Assembly (NCBI RefSeq): GCF_046119375.1
Contig: NW_027362772.1
Span: 306,156,001 to 306,208,087 of the forward strand
Origin: Phyllobates terribilis
Taxonomy: Eukaryota
Reading direction: 5' to 3'
Length of the DNA: 52,087 nucleotides
Shown: positions 33,625-45,700 of the stretch, one piece after another
Layout of the letters: each line of letters starts with the position of its first letter
Numbering within the stretch: the first letter of the stretch is position 1
The notes under the pieces: generated by a model
What the model saw: only the letters and a program-made list of their open reading frames with translations
The model's database searches: none
What the model was told of the DNA's origin: nothing
Program-made: the position numbers and the translations under genes

Positions 33625-34082
33625 TGCAGCGGTTGCAGCGTCGCCCCCTCTGGCCGCCGTGCACCGTTTGCTGCGTCGCCCCCTCTGGCCGCCGTGCATC
33701 GGTTGCAGCGTCGCCCCCTCTGGCCGCCGTGCAGAAGTTGCAGCGTCTCCCTCTCTGGCCGCCGTGCAGCGGTTGCAGCGTCTCCCTCTCTGGCCGCCGT
33801 GCAGCGGTTGCAGCGTCTCCCTCTCTGGCCGCCGTGCAGCTGTTGCAGCGTCGCCCCCTCTGGCCGCCGTGCAGCTGTTGCAGCGTCGCCCCCTCTGGCC
33901 GCCGTGCAGCTGTTGCAGCGTCGCCCCCTCTGGCCGCCGTGCAGCTGTTGCAGCGTCGCCCCCTCTGGCCGCCGTGCAGCTGTTGCAGCGTCGCCCCCTC
34001 TGGCCGCCGTGCAGCTGTTGCAGCGTCGCCCCCTCTGGCCGCCGTGCAGCTGTTGCAGCGTCGCCCCCCTCTGGCCGCCGTG
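33625..34082. repeat. 35-bp minisatellite, ~13 units
   Basis: CCCTCTGGCCGCCGTGCAGCTGTTGCAGCGTCGCC; period 33841/33876. Confidence 0.96.
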
Positions 34083-34148
34083 TTATAACTGATGTCACTT
34101 TTCTCTTTGCATTTCTCATATTTTCTGATCCAGGAATCACAGTTACCG

Positions 34149-34191
34149 ATGCGTCAGAGTAAGAGGAAGCGCGCGGCGTCTCCGGCTGCAG
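34149..34191 (+). CDS. THYN1: THYN1 coding exon 1
   Basis: MRQSKRKRAASPAA(D); preceded by a pyrimidine tract and CAG acceptor at 34131-34133. Confidence 0.88.
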
Positions 34192-37100
34192 GTCAGTCGG
34201 CGTTCGGCTCCGCCATTCTCCCCTGGGCGCTGCTCCGGTCACCAGTCCGGACTACAGACAGAAGTGCCCGGGACGACATTGGCGGCTGCAGAGCCCAACA
34301 CGGCGCTGTGTTTTCTTATTGCCTTTTTGCTTTCCTCTATGGGGTCTGGAAACCATCAACAAGCAGCTGCTGATGGATCCGATTTGGGTTTTATAGTTCA
34401 TACAATTGTGCTTCTTGTACTGTAAAATCCTCACGTGGAGTGGAGCTGTTGTGACTAGATATTGGGCAGCTGGGGTCACCCGAGGGGGGCGCTCCATGAC
34501 TTATAGAGGGGTCCAGAGCAGGCGACCCCCTCGGTGGAGCCCATGGGTTGGCTTTATGACTAACAGACACCATTCACAGCACCACTACTAAACGGCAGCA
34601 GCTCGCTGATGGTTTCCAAGTTGAATCCTTATATTTTTCTTGGGCCATGTAAAGTAGAAATTAGCCAAAAAGTAAGAAAAACAGAATATTTCAGAAAAAT
34701 CTTTTATTACTGCACAGATGAAAAAGATATACGTGACCCAGGGGGCGATCCGGGGGCAAAGAAGGTTGGGAGGACTCGAAAGAAAGTGGTCGGGCCGTCC
34801 ACCTCTGCTGACAGTCAGAAGGGAGAATATCACTGCTGGCTGATGAAGTCTGAGCCAGAGAGCAGAATGGAGAAGGGCATGGACATGAAGGTCAGGGGCG
34901 GGGGAGGGGGAATTAAAGGGGGTTCAAAAAGAAACAAACAAAAAAGTCTTCGCCCATCATCTTCCAGGTAGTGATGTCACATGATGATTGCGGCCATTCA
35001 TTGTGCGGGCCCAGTAACTGTACAATAGGCTTGTAGGCCTAACCGTTTTGTGTTCACAGCTCCTCTGCAGACCTGATGTGTCTCCATGGTTACAGACCAA
35101 TCCTGTGTGTAGTTGGATCCTGCAGCATCACCCGCATCCTCCTTTGATTGTTAGGTTGAGAGTTCGAATGGATGATCAGACTACACGGGGCTTGTAGTCT
35201 GTCACCATGGAGACACATAGCTCTGCATAGGAGCTGTATGTACAAAACGGGTCACATTTTCATTTTTTTTTATGTTTTCCAGTTTGGTATAGAGGATTTG
35301 AAGGCGCAGCCGAAGCAGACGGCGAGCTGGGACGGCGTCCGGAACTACCAGGTCCGGGACGTGCGGATGAAACCGGCGGCAGAACCGGGTCCATCATTGA
35401 TTATTTTATACTTTTATCCCTCCAGGCGAGAAACTTCATGAGAGCGATGAAGATCGGGCAGGAGGCGTTCTTCTATCACAGCAACTGCAAGGAGCCCGGC
35501 ATCGCGGGAATTGTCAAGGTGGGCTGGCGGGCGGGGGGGTCTGTGAGCCGATAATGTCAGGATCATAATAACCCATCACAGAGTGGACGCCTGACCTATT
35601 ACAGCAGTAGAAACACTTTACCGTTTTATGTACACAGCTCTTATGCAAAGCTATGTGTCTGTCTGATCCCACGTCACTCCGTTCCCTCTGCCCCCTCAAG
35701 CATGTGACTGCAGGATCAGGTTATGAATAGTTGTGCATGGGGGCTGCATACACAAAACGGTATGGCTGAAAAAAAAAGACAAATTACCTTCTGTTTTTCT
35801 ATGGAGCGAGATAACGGTCGGTACCATCACGTTTTTGGATGGATGGTGACAGGAGCGAGGCACCGCAGCTCGTCACTGGTTTTCCATCATGCCTTTTTTT
35901 TTTTTTTCTCTAGGTTGTGAAGGAAGCCCACCCCGACCACACACAGTTTGATCCGAAGAATCCGCATTATGATCCCGCCAGCGATAAGGACAACCCGAAA
36001 TGGTCCATGGTGGGTGTGCACCAATATCACAGCTATTAAGGGGTTAATGGGGGTTGCACTGTGTGGCGCCACCCCTTATCGGAGGTAGTGTCTGGTATTA
36101 CAGCTCAGTCACCCCCCCCAAGCGCTCACTATTGTCAAATACACAGCGCATGCAATGATCAGTGGCGTACACTAACATCTAATAACTGGCGCTCTGACCC
36201 TATTCATTCTCTATCTAGTATATATTTGGGACATATGTCCCTGACGCGCGTTTTTTTTACGGGAATACCGGCTTTTTCTAAGGGGCCTTAGTTGCTGTGT
36301 ATTTGACAATAGTGAGCGGTGCAGGATTAGAGTGTTCACTCAGCAAGGGAGACCGCGCTTGCGGCTGACACACCTGCACGCAGTCTCTCCTGTTGACTGC
36401 AAATAAATACACAGATGCGGCTGGCGTGCTAGAGTGTCGGTGACGAGCATACCAGAGAGTAACGTCAGTATACACACGCTCCCTTCCGCTCAAGGTGTGT
36501 AACACTCTTAGCAACCTAGAGGTGAACTAAGGCCTCTTTCACACGTCCGGATATTTCCGGTACTGGAAAAACCAGTGCCGGAGACGCCCGTGTGCCGCAT
36601 CAGTATCACATGCACCGGCGCCTGGGAATCAGTGTAGTTAGCGCTCTTCCCAAGCGCTGGGTGCTGATTGCTGCCCTCATCATTGTCCCCTGCCAGTGCT
36701 GCGATCAGCGAGAGCAAGGGACAATGTTGAGAGTAGTATTCTGTGTCCTGGTGTAAAAATAATAAAATAAAAAAAAATCCTTATACTCACCTGTCCGAAG
36801 ATGAAATAAGTGTCCCACGTTGTAATCCATCAGGCCGCACACACTGAGGAGCAGAGGAGAATGACTCGCAGCAAGCAGGCTCCTGACCTGCACTGAGCTC
36901 ACTGAGTGGTGTCATGTCACTCACTGAGCTCAGCGTAGTTCAGGGGCCCGCTCACTGGAGGGTCACAGAGGGGGCAGAATACTACTGTCATCATTGTCCC
37001 TTGTTTGCGCTGATCGCAGCACTGCCAGGGGACAATGATGAGATGCCTGCAGCACCGGCGCTTGGGAACAGAGCCAACTGTACAGATTCCCAGGCGCCGG

Positions 37101-37839
37101 TACGTGTCACGCTGATGACACTCGGATTTCATCCATGTGTCAGTGTGGGATGTTTTGCGGCCTGTGCTGCAGGTAAAAAACAGACATGTCAGCGTGTTTT
37201 GCCCACGGACACACGGTCCATGGAAACGCACTGACATGTGCGAAGACCCATAGATTTTAATGGGTCTAAGTGCGTCAGTGTCTCCGGTACGTGTGGAAAC
37301 TGTCACCACTCGTACCGGAGCTACTGACGTGTGAAAGACCCTGATCCGGCGTGATCGTCTTCTGTACAGACAACCACATTATTTATCTGATCGTGTGAAC
37401 TGTACACAGGGGTGGCGCCACCTATTCAGAAAGAAGCTGACCGGGCGGTTGTCATGTCATTTCCCACAATGCACTGCTTTCTGATAAACCATAATCCGTG
37501 CCCCCCGCCCCTCACAGGTGGACGTGCAGTTCGTCCGAATGCTGAAGCGTTACATCTCTCTGGCGGAACTGAAGACCCTGCACCAAAAGCACAAGGTGGA
37601 CGGCGGCCCCCTCCGAGCCGCGGCGCTCTTCACCCGAGCGAGGCTGTCCGTGCAGCCGCTGACACCAGGTGGGTGAGAAGCCGCGGCTGTAATGTGCCCC
37701 CATTTCCTGCCTGCCGGCACTTGCGGGCTTTGGGGTACACCGTGGCTTTAAATAAATGTAGTTTTCCCTCTTTACAGAAGAGTTTGACTTTATATTGAGC
37801 CTGGAAGAGAAGACCCCGGAGCAGGACAGCGAGGACTGA
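34149..37839 (+). CDS. THYN1: Thymocyte nuclear protein 1 (EVE domain); complete, 7 coding exons, 687 nt, 228 aa
   Basis: Exons 34149-34191, 34718-34890, 35283-35351, 35426-35518, 35914-36009, 37518-37668, 37778-37839. All GT-AG. Motifs WLMKSEPESR, WDGVRNYQARNF, FFYHSNCKEPGIAG, YDP..NPKWSMVDVQF. Confidence 0.99.
34718..34890 (+). CDS. THYN1: THYN1 coding exon 2
   Basis: ...EYHCWLMKSEPESRMEKGMDMK. Confidence 0.95.
35283..35351 (+). CDS. THYN1: THYN1 coding exon 3
   Basis: FGIEDLKAQPKQTASWDGVRNYQ. Confidence 0.98.
35426..35518 (+). CDS. THYN1: THYN1 coding exon 4
   Basis: ARNFMRAMKIGQEAFFYHSNCKEPGIAGIVK. Confidence 0.98.
35914..36009 (+). CDS. THYN1: THYN1 coding exon 5
   Basis: VVKEAHPDHTQFDPKNPHYDPASDKDNPKWSM. 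Confidence 0.98.
36531..37341. mobile_element. Palindromic MITE, PIF/Harbinger-like, in a THYN1 intron
   Basis: Ends GGCCTCTTTCACACG and CGTGTGAAAGACCC; flanks TAA and TGA. Long internal inverted arms (~36615-36727 vs ~36985-37105) and a central near-palindrome at 36895-36931. Confidence 0.8.
37518..37668 (+). CDS. THYN1: THYN1 coding exon 6
   Basis: VDVQFVRMLKRYISLAELKTLHQKHKVDGGPLRAAALFTRARLSVQPLTP(E). Confidence 0.98.
37778..37839 (+). CDS. THYN1: THYN1 last coding exon
   Basis: (E)EFDFILSLEEKTPEQDSED*. Confidence 0.96.
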
Positions 37840-37910
37840 ACGACCGTCCCCCCGGCTGCTGCGGCTCTGACCACGTTCTTTGCTTTTTTTTTTCCTACTT
37901 TTTCTATAGT

Positions 37911-37916
37911 ATTAAA
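37911..37916 (+). terminator. Probable THYN1 poly(A) signal
   Basis: ATTAAA 72 nt after the stop, followed by a G/T-rich tract (GTTTGTTAGTTTTGTGGTTGTGG). Confidence 0.7.
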
Positions 37917-38894
37917 AGTTTGTTAGTTTTGTGGTTGTGGTCCATGAGTGGAGATCCCAAATGCGGGGGCTCTGTATGGAGATCTGGGGTCCCACACAGT
38001 GGCTGAATGTCCATAGCGCCATGCAGTGGCCGTTCTCTGTACTGCAGCTCAGATCACATTCAATAGTTGAGATGCAGTACCAATAACGGCCACTATGGTG
38101 TATGGAGCTGTGCTGTCCTACTCCATACACTGGGGGCCGGGCGTCAGACCCCCTTCCCTCTGCTAGTGATGCCATACTGTTCTGATTGGTCAGATTCTGC
38201 ACCGCGTTCATTATAATGAGCACAGAACGCTTGAGGACTCGGCCCAAGATCAAAGATGCTTTATTTTGTGACTTTTTATAGAGTAAGAAGCGGCCGATCC
38301 TTTCAAACGCCGCACGATAGACAAACTGCGCCCAAAAAACAAAAGTTAGAAAGTTTTATCCTCACAAGGTGCTAGAGAACAATGGCGCAAAAATGGTGCA
38401 AATCTTCAAAAAGTGATGAAGAGTCAAAAGCGAAGAAGAAGGTCCATAAAAGAAGCTCGAATGCAATACTGAATTGGGGTAATAGGGGGTTAATAGGGGG
38501 GGTGGTCTCCGCTGTTGTCAGATCCGCTGCGGACTTCAGCCACCATTGCTCCATTATCGAGCGCCGATCGGCTGCACAAATGTCGGCGCTCGTTTACCGA
38601 TGGGGACAGAATGATCGATGCAGAAGCTCGGGATCGGCGGAGACCTTTTTTTTTCAACCAGTATAAACGATCAAATCACCCGACTAACGAGCGTCAACAC
38701 CGCAGAATTTCCTAACAAAGCTCAATGGCCGATTACTGGTATAAATGCTCCATAACTTACCTGCGCTCCCACAATGCATTGCTCTCTGGTTACAGGACAT
38801 TCGCACAAATCTATCAAAGTAGAAAATGTGAGATCATAAGTGCAGGGTGAAGATGCGACCCCAGGTCTGGTGTAGTCCAGCCATTGGATGCCCT

Positions 38895-39680
38895 GGCAGC
38901 GGCCCCCTGCACAATGAGAGGCCCCTCAAGCGCCCCCCCCCTGCCAAGGAGAGACCCCTCGGCCCCAGGAGTGGCCCCCTGCACAAGGAGAGAGCCCTCG
39001 GCCCCAGGAGCGGCCCCAAGCACAAGGAGAGACCCCCTCGGCCCCAGGAGTGGCCCCCTGCAGAAGGAGAGACCCCGCGGCCCCCTGCTCAAGGAGTGGC
39101 CCCCTGCAGAAGGAGAGACCCCACGGCCCCCTGCTCAAGGAGCGGCCCCTCGGCCCCAGGAGTGGCCCCCTCCCCAAGGAGAGACCCCGCGGCCCCCTGC
39201 ACAAGGAGAGGCCCCTCTGCCCCAGGAGCGGCCCGCGGCCCCCTGCCCAAGGAGAGGCCCCTCTGCCCCAGGAGCGGCCCCCTGCCCAAGGAGAGACCCC
39301 TCGGCCCCAGGAGCGGCCCCCTGCCCAAGGAGAGACCCCTCTGCCGCAGGAGCGGCACCCTGCACAAGGAGAGACCCCGCGGCCCTCTGCCCCAGGAGCG
39401 GCCCCCTGCACAAGGAGAGGCCCCAGAAGCGGACCCCTGCCCAAGGAGAGACCCCTCGGCCCCAGGAGGGGCCCCTCGCACAAGGAGAGACCCCTCGGCC
39501 CCTAGGATCAGCCCCTTGCACAAGGAGAGACCCCTCGGCCCCAGGAGCAGCCCCCTGCAGGAGAGACCCCACGGCTCCAGGAGCAGCCCCCTGCACAAGG
39601 AGAGACCCCTCAGGAGCAGCCCCCTGCACAAGGAGCGTCCCCCTGCACAAGGAGAGACCCCACTGCCCAAGGTGCACCCC
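38895..39680. repeat. Degenerate ~39-40-bp GC-rich minisatellite between the THYN1 and VPS26B 3' ends
   Basis: CCTGCACAAGGAGAGACCCCTCGGCCCCAGGAGCGGCCC-like units, about 18-20. Confidence 0.9.
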
Positions 39681-42644
39681 TTGCAGCCAATGAGAATCCT
39701 TCTGTACAATAAGCGTTCCCATCACATAACGAGCACCCCTCTGCGCGAGGAGTGCCCTCTCCGTCCCAGAAGCCCCCCTTCGGCCAAGCAGCGGCCGCTT
39801 CACATAACGAGCACCCCTCTTTGTTCTGAGACATTGTTATATAATTTGAGACTAATAAAAACAATGTAAAATAGACATTTATAACACAATGATCCATGGG
39901 AAATAAACACTGCAGTCGGAATGGAGGTCGATTTCTGGATTGAGGGTGAACTTTAACCTCTCTGCAATGTATCCAAATGTTTTTATCATATCTGTAGTGC
40001 CGCAGCCTGGCTCCCAAGAGCTTACAATCTAATAGTGGGGTTAGAGGCACGGCCATGGGTGCAAAGTGCAATACATCAGTGCCCACCTAATAAATAGACT
40101 GCAATATACCATGTACCAGGGGCAGCGGCCGTACCCATTACAGTACCCCGGGAAAACGTGAAATACTGGGACTACATTTTTATACATCTTTTATTATTTT
40201 AACGTAAAACGAAAAATACTGATACTGCAGCCTTTAACCCTTACCTTACGTGTGGGATGGGCGTGCCAGCTGTATACTGTATACACTGGGCTTTGCTCAC
40301 TCCTCTCCCTATTTTGGTCCATTGCCGTCCTCGCAACGGATTTGATTTGTCAAAGTGAAAAGAAAATTAACGTTTTTCAGTTGAGATTTTTTTTGTAAAC
40401 ACAAATGGCAGCTACAAAAGAATACTGAGAGGTGGAGGATAAGTAAAGATGGCGGTGTTGTGGCGCGCGGAGATTGAAGTCTGTAGGATGATCGACAGTC
40501 TAATCTAATAAATACTTATATTCCACGTTTAAAAAAAATAAATAAAAATTGGAAATTCTGTGTTGATCCTCTTTTACCCCTCGTGGAAATTCATGACCAG
40601 CTGGGCGTTCCCACTGTTACTGGGCCGTGTCCCTACGTGGTCTCAGTAGAAACTTTACCCCGACTGTTATAGGAGACAAATTGTCACAATGTGTTATACC
40701 ATTTCCAGGAGGGACAACAGAGGAGCGGCACAATGGAAATCTTCTCCAGAACGGTTATTTCATGGGGATTCCAGCATTTGCTCGCGCAGACTTGTCCGGA
40801 GAGCGGCCGACCTTCATCGAGAACACAGATTAATGCCCTACTGTATAGAAAAGCGGTGGTCGCACGTTGTGGTTGCAGCGCGCAGAGGACGGCGCTGCCG
40901 GATGTCTTCTTGTCCTATAGGGAAGAGAAGCCGATACACAGACGCCCTCCACCAATGGGATGTGCAGCCAGAAGGGATGTGCCCCTTTAATTTAACCTCT
41001 TCAGTTCCTTCACACCTATAGGACGGTCATCCCGGTGCATCAGGTCGCTGGGCGGCGGCTGTGGTTTACAGTCTGGATCCGTACAGAAACCGGGGGTCTC
41101 CACATTGTACAACGTATTCTAGAATATCCCCCCCCCCCTCCCAGTTCTGGTAAAGAGGCATGTCAATCATATAAAGTAAGTGCTTTATGACAGTGGGGGT
41201 CCGATCTCTGGGACCATCACCCACCCAGAGATTAAAGGGACAGCGGTGCCAATTCAGCCAGTGATTCCCTGCACAGCGGGGCCCCAGAGATGGCACGGCT
41301 GTTCCCGGGGCCACATTGTGCACGGAAATCCATGAAGGCACCGCAGCACTGAACCGGAAAGGCTATGCTTCACTCTGGATCTGTCAGGGGTCCCATAGGT
41401 CACCACCACCCCCCACTGCCATTCACTTAAGGATATGGGATCCCCCCCTTTTAGCTTATATAAAACCAGATCATGAATGAGATACCAGCGCCGTCACACG
41501 ATGGACCAGGACTCCGGGCTCAGAACCTCCGCGAATGACACCACACCGCTGGCATACGGGCACCGGTATACGGCCAGGACGCAAATGGCAGCATAATGCA
41601 AGCGAATGGGGTGGAGATGCGACCCGCGGGGTACCACAGCCGTGACAATCAACCGTGGGACCTTGCTGCTCAAGGCGCCCACTGGTGGCCGACTATTAGC
41701 ATTACACCGCGTGATCACTGCAACCTCAATGTCCAAAACTCCAGCTCTCTGTTATCAGCCACCACAGAAGTGTCCTTTAGTTTGATGGTGTATATGCGGT
41801 GCAGACCCTCTCGGCCCCCACTCACTACTGTATGGCCCCTCCTGGATATCTCCATCCACTGGTGACTGACATCAGCCGCTCCTCGGAGATGGCCGCGGCC
41901 GTGCGGCGACTTCTGTCACGTGGCAGCAATTCTCAGACAAGTCCTGCAACCAAAAACTTTTGCGGCACTGGTCAAAACATTGCAAAAATCGCAGATAACT
42001 TCGTGCGGTGACGTCTACGGCAGATCGAGTCCGGGCGACTTGTGACCGGCGACAGAAAATCCCACAACTGAACATTTGTGACTTCCCTGCAGTCCGTCGT
42101 GTGTCGGTCCCTTTAAAGTCCAGCTACCGTACCTGCGAGGCTTCTTCCCAGCATGCATCTCCTCCTTCCTTTGTATATACTGTCTATATAACGGAGGTCC
42201 GTCCCGTGTGTCCGACTCCAGGGAGGGGGTAAAACTGAGCGACGACGCCCCCAGTGGTCAGGGCAGAGCTACACCGGTGAGGGGCGCTTGGATGGATGGG
42301 CGGGGGTCCTATACGGGCACCGATAGTCGGAGGTCAGCACTAAGTACAACCACGGGGTGAAGGGTGCGTATATGTGTGCACAGGCCGACCCTCGGGGTCT
42401 CCAGCCCCATGTGAGGGGGCATCGAGTGCGACAAGGACAAGCTGATGAGAGCATAAAAAGTATAAACACAAAGGGTTAAGGGGCGCGATCCCCTCCCTCC
42501 CCCACCCCTATATTACACAATGTCAAGTAGCAGCAAGAGGAACGGGTGGCCCGGAAAGAGGCCGCCGGCCTCGCCCTCTGCAGGCTTGAGTGTCCGGGGG
42601 GTGGACGGAGGCTCCGAGAGTCTCTGCAGTCACTAATGAGGCCG

Positions 42645-42791
42645 TCACTCGTTCTCCGGGTCTCCAGCGGCCGCTCCGCTCAGCTGAGGCCGGTTGTCGG
42701 GGTGCGTCCCCTCGAATCTCTGCGAGGCGATGGCGGCCTGGTGGGACATGCTCTTCCGCACGATGTCTCCTTTACGCCATAACACGACCTC
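42645..42791 (-). CDS. VPS26B: VPS26B last exon
   Basis: EVVLWRKGDIVRKSMSHQAAIASQRFEGTHPDNRPQLSGAAAGDPENE*. Confidence 0.97.
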   Translation of the reverse strand, partial: EVVLWRKGDIVRKSMSHQAAIASQRFEGTHPDNRPQLSGAAAGDPENE

Positions 42792-45700
42792 CTGGAGGAA
42801 AGAGGAGAGGAGAAGGATCAGTGGTATGCCGTCCGGTGCGGCCAAGGGGCAGACGTCCCGCCTAGCTGTGTATCGCCAGCACACGCCATCACATTGGGGG
42901 TCTGACCGATGCTGGGGATGGAGGCCGAGGAGCTGCAGCCCCTGCACAGTAGGGTCCCCAGAGATAGGAGCCGTGCTTGTGGAAGGCGGAGGCGATACCG
43001 GGAAATATAGTGGCGGCTGGGGACCGAGTATGGACACCCGGCCGCCACCGGCATGAGGTTGTGAAAAGCTTCCGCCTCCACGAGCCTAAAAGGCCATATT
43101 TCAAGTGCAAGCAGCTGTCAAAATTTTGGCAGTATAGTATTGCAGCCTGTGGGTGGGTGGGTGGCTGGCTGCATACTTGCGCTTGCATTCCAAGGAATGG
43201 GGTAGGGACAACTGAACGCTGCCCTGGGACAAGGACGGTGATTGTTGCAAGTCTGCAACGACAGATGCATGGCGGGAGGCATCTTCGCATGCGCCAAGGA
43301 TCACTTCTGATGGGCACACTTTTAGGCAATGACCTGGGAGTCAGAGATGCTTCCAGGGGTCTTCCCCATGCTGTTCCCATGTCTTTTCAGCACTGTATGC
43401 ATGTGTCACACAGCACATGGCCAGATAAGGTTGTAAAATGTTAAATTGACATTTCCCGGTGAATGCATTTGTCACGGTTGAAAGCAATTCAAAAGTGCAA
43501 AAACGCATCAAAAATGCTACTTGTGAACATAGCCCAAGTTGTGGACGAGTATTTTTGGTTTTGGTTATTTATTTTGCCTTATATACAAGTCTTTACCCTG
43601 GAAAGGATGTTCCTTAACATATTTCACAGGAAAATCCATTTTAGTATGTTTGTATGTTCTCCCCGTGTTTGCGTGTGTTTCCTCCTCAGTAAAAAAGCAG
43701 CCAGAGTGTCTGGGAACCTTTCCACACACTTTTCTTAGCCAGGACTGCATCTCGGCAGGGTTGGACGGTCCCACCAAAGAATCCTCTGGTGGGCCCTGGC
43801 TTCCACCTCAGGAAAGTTCATGATAGCACTAACTTTGCAGCTGCTATGGGGCTCTTGAGCGGGGGAGAAAGGTGAGCCCTCAGAATCAAATCCTCTGGTG
43901 GGCACAATGTTTTTCAATCTGAAACAGCTTCTCAGTGGGAGTTGTATTTCACCACAGCCATATTCTTTAGCTCAGTGAAAGGACTGGCATAGAGGGAAAC
44001 CGTATCTATCCTGGCTGTCATTTCTCCGTCACCAGGTTCCGCCCATTGTCACACACGACCATGCCTGGCTGTATGTTCAGTGGTGAGAGCCACAGATCAA
44101 GCTGCTGTGTTACAGCTTTCATCAACTCTGCAGCGCTGGGCGGTTTGTCAATTAAGCATGTTATCTTCAGCACAGCCTGTTGCCACTTGGCCAAGGCAGT
44201 GCTGCAGTGCTGTCAGCTTGTGACTGATGTGGTCATTTCGGAGATGGAGGAGGAGGTGCAGGAGTTGAACAATGTGATTACATTGTTGTTAAATTGGTGA
44301 CGCTGTTTTTTATACTAAAGAAAGATCCTATTGTTTTTGTTTTTTTTACGACAAATGCATTCACCGGGAAATGTAATTTTAACATTTTACAACCTTACCT
44401 GGCAATGTGGTGTGTGACACATCATCAGACACATCCTGTTTTATTTATGATGGAGGGACTCGGAAAGTCACAAAGCCTATTTTTACAGGGACATCAGACG
44501 GCCCTTACTGTTCTTAAAAGGCCAGCAGTCGGCCCTCGCTATTGTTAGAGAGCCATCAGCCGGCTATGCTTTGTTGTTCCCATTATTAACAAGTGGGTCT
44601 CCTATACTGTTATTGCGTATCCAGTGACTGCAAGGGCTGCCAAAAATTTGGACGCAACCCAATACCCCTTTGAAGAGACATAGAGGAGGGTCTCAGTAAA
44701 AAAAAATGTTCCCATTATAAAGGAGCGGGTCTCCTATAGTGGTAATGCCCATGCTGTGACTGCAAGGGCTGCCAAAATTTGGGAAAAACCCCCACTAAGA
44801 ATTTAAAGACACATAGAGCAGGGCCACAGTAACAAGGTACGACATGTTCCCATTAGAAAGGAGAGGGTCTGCTATACAGTTATAGGGTATGCAGTGAGTC
44901 CAACGGCTGACCAATTTTAGGAAAAACCCCACTAAGAATTTAAAGACACATGGAGCAGGGAAACAGTAATGACAAATTCCCATTAGGAAAGGAGAGAGTC
45001 TCCCATAGTGTTGGCCTATGCAGTGAATGCAAGAGCTGCCAAAAATTTGGAGGCACTTCAATGCCCCTTGGAAGAGACGTGGAGGAGGGCCTCATAAAAA
45101 AAATGTTCCCATTAGAAAGGAGTGGGCCTCCTATACTTGTAATGCCCATGCACTAAGTGTATGGGCTGACAAACATTTACCCCTGGGGGGTATACATGAA
45201 CATACTGTATAAAAAAAAATTTCACGGGCATCATAAACACCCTTTAAAAAAATTATATGGGTGTTGCAACACGGACCACGGTCACCCTGGTGATATGGTG
45301 GTGGAGGATGAGGAGAAGGAGGACGACAAGAGCAAATAGCCAAAATCAGGAAGCGTATACCCATGTGTGGGTGTGAAGAGGTGCATGGGAAGACACCTCC
45401 CAAGAAAAGACACTGGATTTGAGTTTATGTTACGCTGCTATCATTCGTTGGTGTTGAGAAGTCTGGCCCAATCCAGCCCTTGTTCATTTTTATAAGAGTC
45501 AGCCTGTCAGCATTTTCAGTTGACAGGCGGATGCGGTTATCAGTTATAATTCCACCAGCGGCACTAAAAACCCGCTCTGATAAAACGCTGGCGGCAGGCC
45601 AGGCCAGGACCTCCAAGGCATAGAGAGCCAATTCATTCAAGGTATCCAGCTTGGATACCCAATAATTATAAGGCACAGCGGAATCACGGAGGACGTTGGT

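Noticed and set aside
32775-34242. Long ORFs between ACAD8 and THYN1
   Set aside because: They follow the 33- and 35-bp repeat periods.
38847-39869. 340-aa and overlapping ORFs
   Set aside because: GC-rich minisatellite open in several frames on both strands; no domain similarity recognised.
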